Positions 53,173-64,000 of a DNA stretch of 64,000 nt are shown here, piece by piece. Position 1 is the first letter of the stretch. Each line of letters begins with the position of its first letter. This DNA comes from the human T2T-CHM13v2.0 reference genome, Homo sapiens. The DNA is taken from assembly GCF_009914755.1 (NCBI RefSeq), contig NC_060935.1; one strand, given 5' to 3'. The position numbers were made by a program, and so were the translations under genes. Below the pieces are notes generated by a model. That model saw only the letters and a program-made list of their open reading frames with translations. It made no database searches and was not told the origin of the DNA.

Positions 53173-53371
53173 AGAATAACCATAACTAGGGCTATTAGAA
53201 GTGTCATTTAAATTTTTTTCAGGTAGATTCTCTAGCACAAAGACTTGAAAGAAGTCAACATCAATGATTAGATGCTGTATAATGTGTTTAGAACCAGGAT
53301 TAAATTTGTTGAAATCATAGGTGATGCTATATAGTTGTTATATTTATGTTATTTTAATGATTTATTTTAAG

Positions 53372-53504
53372 ATGGCAACAGAGAGAAAATAGATGTTATG
53401 GGCCTTCTGACTGGATTAATTGCTGCTGGAGTATTTTTGGTTATTTTTGGATTACTTGGCTACTATCTTTGTATCACTAAGTGTAATAGGCTACAACATC
53501 CATG
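53372..53504 (+). CDS. PRRG4: PRRG4 exon 5: transmembrane helix
   Basis: TTTTAAG acceptor, ATG|GTAAGT donor, 133 nt. Reads (D)GNREKIDVMGLLTGLIAAGVFLVIFGLLGYYLCITKCNRLQHP. The CDS continues in an exon outside the window. Confidence 0.96.
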
Positions 53505-53599
53505 GTAAGTACTAAGTGAAATTATTTAATTCATCACTAGACATTCTATATTATTATTTTAACAATGGGTCAAGCAAATGGCTGCCTATTTTCTTAAAT

Positions 53600-53890
53600 A
53601 AGCCTTTTATTTTGGAAGAATTTTAGATGTATAGGGAAGTTGCAAAGGTTAATACAGAGAGTTCCCACATATCCATCACCCAATTTCCCACATTGTTAAT
53701 ATCTTGTATTACCATAGTAGATTTATCAAAACTAAGAAAATGACATTGGTTCATGACTATTAACTAAACTCCAGACTTTGATTTCAGCAGTTTTCCCACT
53801 GGTGTTTTCCTTCTGCTGCAGGATCCAGTCAAGTTACCACATTGCATTTAGCTGTCATGTCTTCCCAGTCTGTGGCAATTGTCTGGTCTC
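53600..53890 (-). mobile_element. L1MC-like 3' fragment
   Basis: AAGTTGCAAAG...TACAGAGAGTTCCC...ACATTGCATTTAGCTGTCATGTC. Confidence 0.65.
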
Positions 53891-54781
53891 CTAATTTAAC
53901 ATTTACATAAACAACCTAATGATGCTATTTCTAAGGTCCTTCGAAAGAATACAAGAAGTTTCACATAGGTCAGCTTCATTTTTCAGTATTTCCTTCTTAA
54001 GCAAGAGGCAGATACCAGTGTCTTCACATTATTTCCAGAGGCAAGAAGTCCTATAGTTTACGCTGAGTCACAGAGTTAACAGATCCACATGGCTACCCAA
54101 ATAGAAACAGTTTAACTGGCTTTTAAATTCAACTATTTTTATTAACACTTTAAATTGAAGTTAATAAAATAAAATGCTTACCAATTGAGGATAATAGCAC
54201 ATTGATAAAGCTTCAGAAAGATTCATAAAGGCCATAATTGTTTGCATAATAGAAGCTCAGCATCCCTATTGAAATAAAAAGTACTGATTATCTTCCCAGT
54301 AAGTATGGCTGAGTAGGCGTAGAAACAATCTTATTAAAAAAAAAAAAAGCAGCAGATGCTAAACAGGCTATTAGAAATTGATACTTATTTATCACTATTC
54401 ACACTTTCAAATTCTATGAACAAGCTCAAGGTGGCGATCATGTTACTTTCTTTTATGATAACGATCATTTTACTTATCTTTTCAGCAAAATGGGCAGTGT
54501 TTTTGTATCCCTCCAAAAGAATAGAAAGTATTCTTTATCATATATATTAGAAGACTCTTTGTCTTCTAAATTAATAATAGCTTTCAATTCATATCAAGTA
54601 AACTTTAAATTTTACATAACAATTGACCTATATTGTTCAAAAAATGTCAGTGTCATGAAAGACAAAGACAGGCTAAAGAAATAACTGTTCCAAATTAAAG
54701 TAAATGACATGACAATTAATGCAATGTGTGATCCTGGACTGAATCCTAGACCAAAAAAATGAATTGCTAAAAAGGAAAATT

Positions 54782-56408
<1,627 letters not shown>

Positions 56409-56700
56409 GAAGAAAGTTTAAAGTAGGTTGTTTCATTTCATCTGGTGTTAATTGCTTAAAAAATCATTTCCATTGTGATAAGAGCATCTGAAAATGTGCT
56501 GATTATGGAGGCTAAGGTCTTTAAAAAGATTTTATCCTGTTTTTTGCCTACAAAAGTAATACATGCATTATTTTAAAATTCAAATATTATAGAAAGGTAT
56601 AATATAAAAAATGAAAGTCCTCATAATCCTACTTTTCAAAAATAACCACTATTATGAATTTGGTATGTAAAACTCCAGATTTTTTTCTATGCATATACTA

Positions 56701-56771
56701 TTCAGTTGGTGCAAAAGCAATTGCGGTTTTTGCCATTTAAAGTACTGGCAATTGCTTTTGCACCAACCTAA
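56701..56771. mobile_element. MADE1 (Hsmar1-derived MITE; miR-548 family source)
   Basis: GTTGGTGCAAAAGCAATTGCGGTTTTTGCCAT...GCAATTGCTTTTGCACCAACCTAA with TA TSDs. Confidence 0.9.
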
Positions 56772-56884
56772 TAACATATTTTATGTTTTCAAAAGAAATG
56801 TTCGTTACATGTCCTCCTCTGCAACTTGCCTTTGGCACTGAACAATATAATTTAAATATATTTCCAGTGCAGTACATTTTTAAA

Positions 56885-57178
56885 AAATAGTAAAATATAT
56901 GTAACATAAAATTTACCATCTTAACCGTTTTTAAGTATACAGTTCAGTAGTATTAAGTTGATTCACTGTTGTGCAACCAATCTCCCGTTTTTCTGTTTTT
57001 TTTTTTTTATTTTGCAACAGTGAAGTTCTGTGCCCAGTGAACAAACTGTTTCCCATTCTCCCCTCTCCCTAGGCTTTAGCAACCACTATTTTACCTTTTG
57101 TCTCTGAATTTTACTACAATAACACCTCATGTAAGTGGAATCATACAGTATTAGTCTATTTATGACTGGCTTATCTAG
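56885..57178 (-). mobile_element. L1MA/MB 3' fragment
   Basis: TAACATAAAATTTACCATCTTAACC...AAGTGGAATCATACAGTAT. Confidence 0.75.
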
Positions 57179-57522
57179 CGCAGTAATTTTAAATCATTAA
57201 TAGAGTCTCTTCAAAATGTTTTATTACAGCATTTCATTTATGTTTGATGAAGTTTTTTTAAATTCTAAAATATAGTAAGATGTGATTCCTTTCTAAAATA
57301 CATTAGTCCTAGCCCAGCTCCTGTTTCTGGAAGAGACCACCAAGGTGTATTCTCCCTATCCTAGAAATAGATATGGTATAGTGGTTCACTGTGTGAGCTC
57401 TGGAGCCAGACTGCCTGGATTCAAAACCCTGGTACGCCACTAACTAGCCGTTTGACTTTGGAAATGTTACTTAAACTTATACTCTGCCTCAGTTTCTCTG
57501 TGAGTAAATTGAAGGTAATAAT

Positions 57523-57616
57523 CTGAGCCACCACACTACATAGTTCCAGAGAGTTGCCATTCACATGGGCTACTGTATGAATGGTACCCTCTGGTTTGTG
57601 TAGTATGGTAGCTCAG
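57523..57616. mobile_element. MER91-like palindromic hAT MITE inserted in a MIR
   Basis: TIRs CTGAGCCACCACACTACA / TGTAGTATGGTAGCTCAG, internal GCCATTCACAT...GTATGAATGGT, degenerate 8-bp TSD GTAATAAT/ATAATAAC. MIR spans about 57370-57735. Confidence 0.7.
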
Positions 57617-57662
57617 ATAATAACTGTATGTATGTCATAAGGGACTTACAGGATTTAAATGA

Positions 57663-58092
<430 letters not shown>

Positions 58093-58586
58093 TCACTGGA
58101 ATGTTTATGTATTCCCATCCAATATTTGTATTTCTTTAAAAATATGTCTAGACTGTAAATGAACTGCAGATTCTCCAGTGTTCATATAAAATTAAAACAT
58201 ATTATCAGAAGGTAATATAGATAGTATAATCAGAAAGTATTATATTGCAAATAAGTTTTCTTCAAATTTGGTAGATCTACAAAAATTTTATTTGGCCTAT
58301 GAAATCTCCCTAGCTTACCTGACCTTTATGATCTTGTAAAAAAAATAAAAATAAAAATAAAAAAAATCTCCCTTAGCTGTATTTATAACCATCTTCCACA
58401 TCACCTGCTGTTGCTAACCATATACTGTACACCACTTTCACACTACCTTCTCATTTAGTACTCTCAGTATTTGTATAGTGTATTATGGCACATAAAGGAG
58501 ATTACATGGAGTGATTACCATTTGAGTGAGGCAACTACATAACAAAAAAGCAACTTGGATATAAACTTGTAAGATAGAGAACACTC

Positions 58587-58906
<320 letters not shown>

Positions 58907-59112
58907 CTAGGAATGTCAAGCAGGCATACCATCAGTGTGGGATACAACTAGTCACTTTGGCGGACATGGGTTTTAGAGGAATTAACTAGGAAGGGGTGTT
59001 TCAAGAAAGTGGACCCACAGGAGCAAAGACAGGTACTACCAAGGCTCATATAGGAGATGATAAGCAAAATAGTCTTGACCAAAGATTTTTTAAAAAAATA
59101 ATTGTAAGTCAA

Positions 59113-60470
<1,358 letters not shown>

Positions 60471-60554
60471 AAAATAGTTTATATTTTAAAGATAGCTCAA
60501 GAAAGGATAAAACAACAAAGAGACTAATAACCCACGGTTTTTTTAGTGAAGGAC

Positions 60555-61810
60555 TTGAATGGACATTTCTCTAAAAATATATGAATGGCCAACAAGCACT
60601 TGAAAGGTGTTCAATGTTGTTAGATATTAAGGAAAGGGAAATTAAATCAAAACCACAGTGAGAGCCAGGTGCAGTGGCATGCACCTGTAATTCCAGCTAT
60701 TCTAGAATAGCTGGAATAATAATTTTTAAAATAACAAGTATTGGCGAGGATATGGAGAAATTGGAACCTCATATTCACATTGCCAGTAGGAATGTAAAAC
60801 GGTACAGCCACTGTGGAAAAGTTTGACAGTTCCTCAGAAAGTTAAATGTAGAATTACTGTATGACCCAGCAGTTTCACTTCTAGATTTGTATCCAAAAGC
60901 ATTGAAAACAGGAACTCAAACAGATACTTGTACACCAATGTCCATAGTAGCATTATTCAAATAACCAAAGGGTTGATGGAAATAGCCCAAGTGTCCATCA
61001 AAATGTGGTATATCCATGCAATGAAATATTATTCAGCCATAAAAAATAATGAAGTTCTGATACGTGCTACAATATGGATGAACCCTGAAAACATGATACC
61101 AAGTGAAAGAAGCCAGACACAAAAGAACAACTGTTGTATGATTCCACTTATATGTAATGCCTAGGATAGGCAAGATCTAGGATAGGCAAATTCACAGAGA
61201 CAAAAAGTAGATTAGAGATTACCTTGGGCTGGGAGGATAGGGATGTCTTAGTTTATTTGTGCTGCTATAGCAGAATACTTGAGACTGGGTAATTTATAAG
61301 GAACAGAAATTTATCTCTTGTAGTTCTGGAGGCTGGGAAGTCTAAGATCAAGGGACCAGCAGGTTGTATGTCTCATAAGGACCCAGTCTCTGCTTCCAAG
61401 ATGGTGCCTTGAACACTGCATCCTCTAGAGGGGAGGAACATTATTCCTCACATGGCAGAAGAGCAGAAGAAAGAGAGGGCACTACTCCTGCAACCCCTTC
61501 TTATAGCAGCATTAATTCATTTATGAGGGCAGGACCCTCATGACCTAAAAGCCTCCCAAAAGGCCCCACCTCCTAATACTGTTGCATTGAGGATTAAGTT
61601 TCAACATGAGTTTTGAGCGGGGCAAAAACATTCAAATCATAGCAAGGGGAATGGGGAGTTATTGTTTCTTATGTACAGAGTTTCTGTTTGGGTGATGAAA
61701 GGGTTATGGAAATAGATAATGGAAATAGTTGCACCTTGTGAGTGGAATTAATACCACTGAAATGTATACTTATGAATGATTAAAATGGAAAATTTAATGT
61801 TTTATATATT
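60555..61810 (+). mobile_element. L1MB-like 3' end (interrupted by MST LTR)
   Basis: ATGGCCAACAAGCAC...AAATCAAAACCACAGTGAGA...AAGTGAAAGAAGCCAGACACAAAAG. Confidence 0.8.
61244..61644 (-). mobile_element. MST (MSTC/MSTD-like) MaLR solo LTR nested in L1
   Basis: TGTCTTAGTTT...ATTCAAATCATAGCA, 5-bp TSD AGGGA/AGGGG, interrupts an L1 3' UTR. Confidence 0.82.
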
Positions 61811-61872
61811 ATATGTAATGTTATATATTGTATATAATATGTGTATATGTATACATATATATATATATGTAC
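61800..61872. repeat. Degenerate (TA)n/(TATG)n simple repeat
   Basis: TA-rich run at the L1 tail. Confidence 0.8.
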
Positions 61873-61928
61873 ATACCAGCCACAAAGTCTTTTTACTTGG
61901 AAAACAAAAAAAGAAAGGGTAAGAATTT

Positions 61929-62968
<1,040 letters not shown>

Positions 62969-64000
62969 CTAAAGGATGCCCACAATAAGGGTGCAGAAAG
63001 AAGAGGAGCTGCCAGCAAAGACAGAAGAGGAACATAAATGGTCATTCTAGCCCCATGCTGGAATTCTTGAAAAGTTCCCCAATGCATTATGTGAATTATG
63101 GGCATGAACTAAGGAGTTTGTCCCTATAAAGCCTATAAAAAATTTGAGAAGTTAGAGAAAGTAAGGAAGAATTTGTTTAGTAGACCTCTATTCATTTCCC
63201 CTATTTAGCAGACAGGAAATGAGCAAGGTCTTTCTAGGACTTTTCACTAAGATTTTATTCAGTGTGACTTTCTCCACAAGCTGGGAGTAATCCACAAGAT
63301 AATGAAGAAATAGGCAAAATTTGTCTTTAGACATTCTTCTTTTCTTCTTTTTCACCTCATTCACAATGTTTTTCAAAAAAGTTCACGTATGTCCTCATAT
63401 GCAATAGTTTCACTCAATGACTGTGAATAGCACAGTCATTATTTAGTGTCCTCGTGCTTACACTTTCTTCTCTCCCCTGCTTTTCTTCATTTTCCAACTT
63501 TTCTGCGTCACTATGTTTTTCACCTTTTACCTTTTTTTTCCCCTGAAACATTTCTAGCTTCTTCCCTGCATAAGGGATGGAGCAGAATTCGAGTGCAGGA
63601 AGTAAAGTGGCACTGTGATTATGACATGTCTTCCGGGTGTGTTATTATAAAATTTAAAACCCTGGATACCTTTTATTTTAAAAGTACGATTAGTTATACT
63701 TAACATTAGCACAGTGTAATGCTTCTTGTTCACAGATCATCTTTATATCCATTGTCTCACTTTGTTCCCCTCAGCAACTCTCTGAGTTTCAGAGGATATT
63801 CCAAACTTGGTTTACTAGACATTCTCTTATGTTAGCATTAACTGGTAAATACTTACTAAAGTACTTTTCATCTATTGTCCCAAGAAATTCTTCCAGCAGA
63901 GTTATTTGTTTCTATATTTTGCAAATCTGAAAGTAGGGGGAGGGACAAAGAAGCTGAGAAAGAAAAGAGTAAAAAATAAGATCATCGTCAGAAAAGTTTG

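Noticed and set aside
61161-61190. Short direct duplications (CTAGGATAGGCAA twice; similar ones near 5025, 11665, 19870 and 54860)
   Set aside because: Ordinary slippage events inside old repeats.

Overview
Primate (very likely human) genomic DNA, recognisable as the 11p13 CCDC73-PRRG4 interval. The only protein-coding sequence I can support is PRRG4 (TMG4, a transmembrane Gla protein) on the + strand. It has a CpG-island promoter with a non-coding exon 1 (donor at 43455) and four coding exons (43812-43914, 49941-50104, 52147-52195, 53372-53504). These splice in frame to 149 codons plus 2 nt: signal peptide, propeptide, Gla domain, transmembrane helix. The last exon (cytoplasmic PY-motif tail) lies beyond the window. 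A second, ETS-type promoter at about 7.9 kb faces left, with a short non-coding first exon (donor at 7893). By gene order this is CCDC73, so 1-7892 is its intron 1. The rest is repeat-dense: about 50 Alus or fragments, old L1/L2/MIR, MaLR LTRs, a solo LTR3 (HERV-K HML-6), and hAT and Tc1/mariner MITEs. Nearly all ORFs in the supplied track are Alu-derived, GC-rich or chance artefacts. I cannot support a new multi-gene system. The best leads are regulatory: a uORF whose outcome depends on three tandem splice acceptors before the PRRG4 start codon; a solo LTR3 whose insertion junction creates a splice donor upstream of a candidate exon oriented toward CCDC73; a candidate Alu poison exon; a ZEB E-box cluster with a GRHL site; a MADE1 hairpin with a compensatory base-pair change; and an AT-rich quasi-palindromic VNTR. 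Repeat boundaries are read by eye and subfamily calls are provisional.
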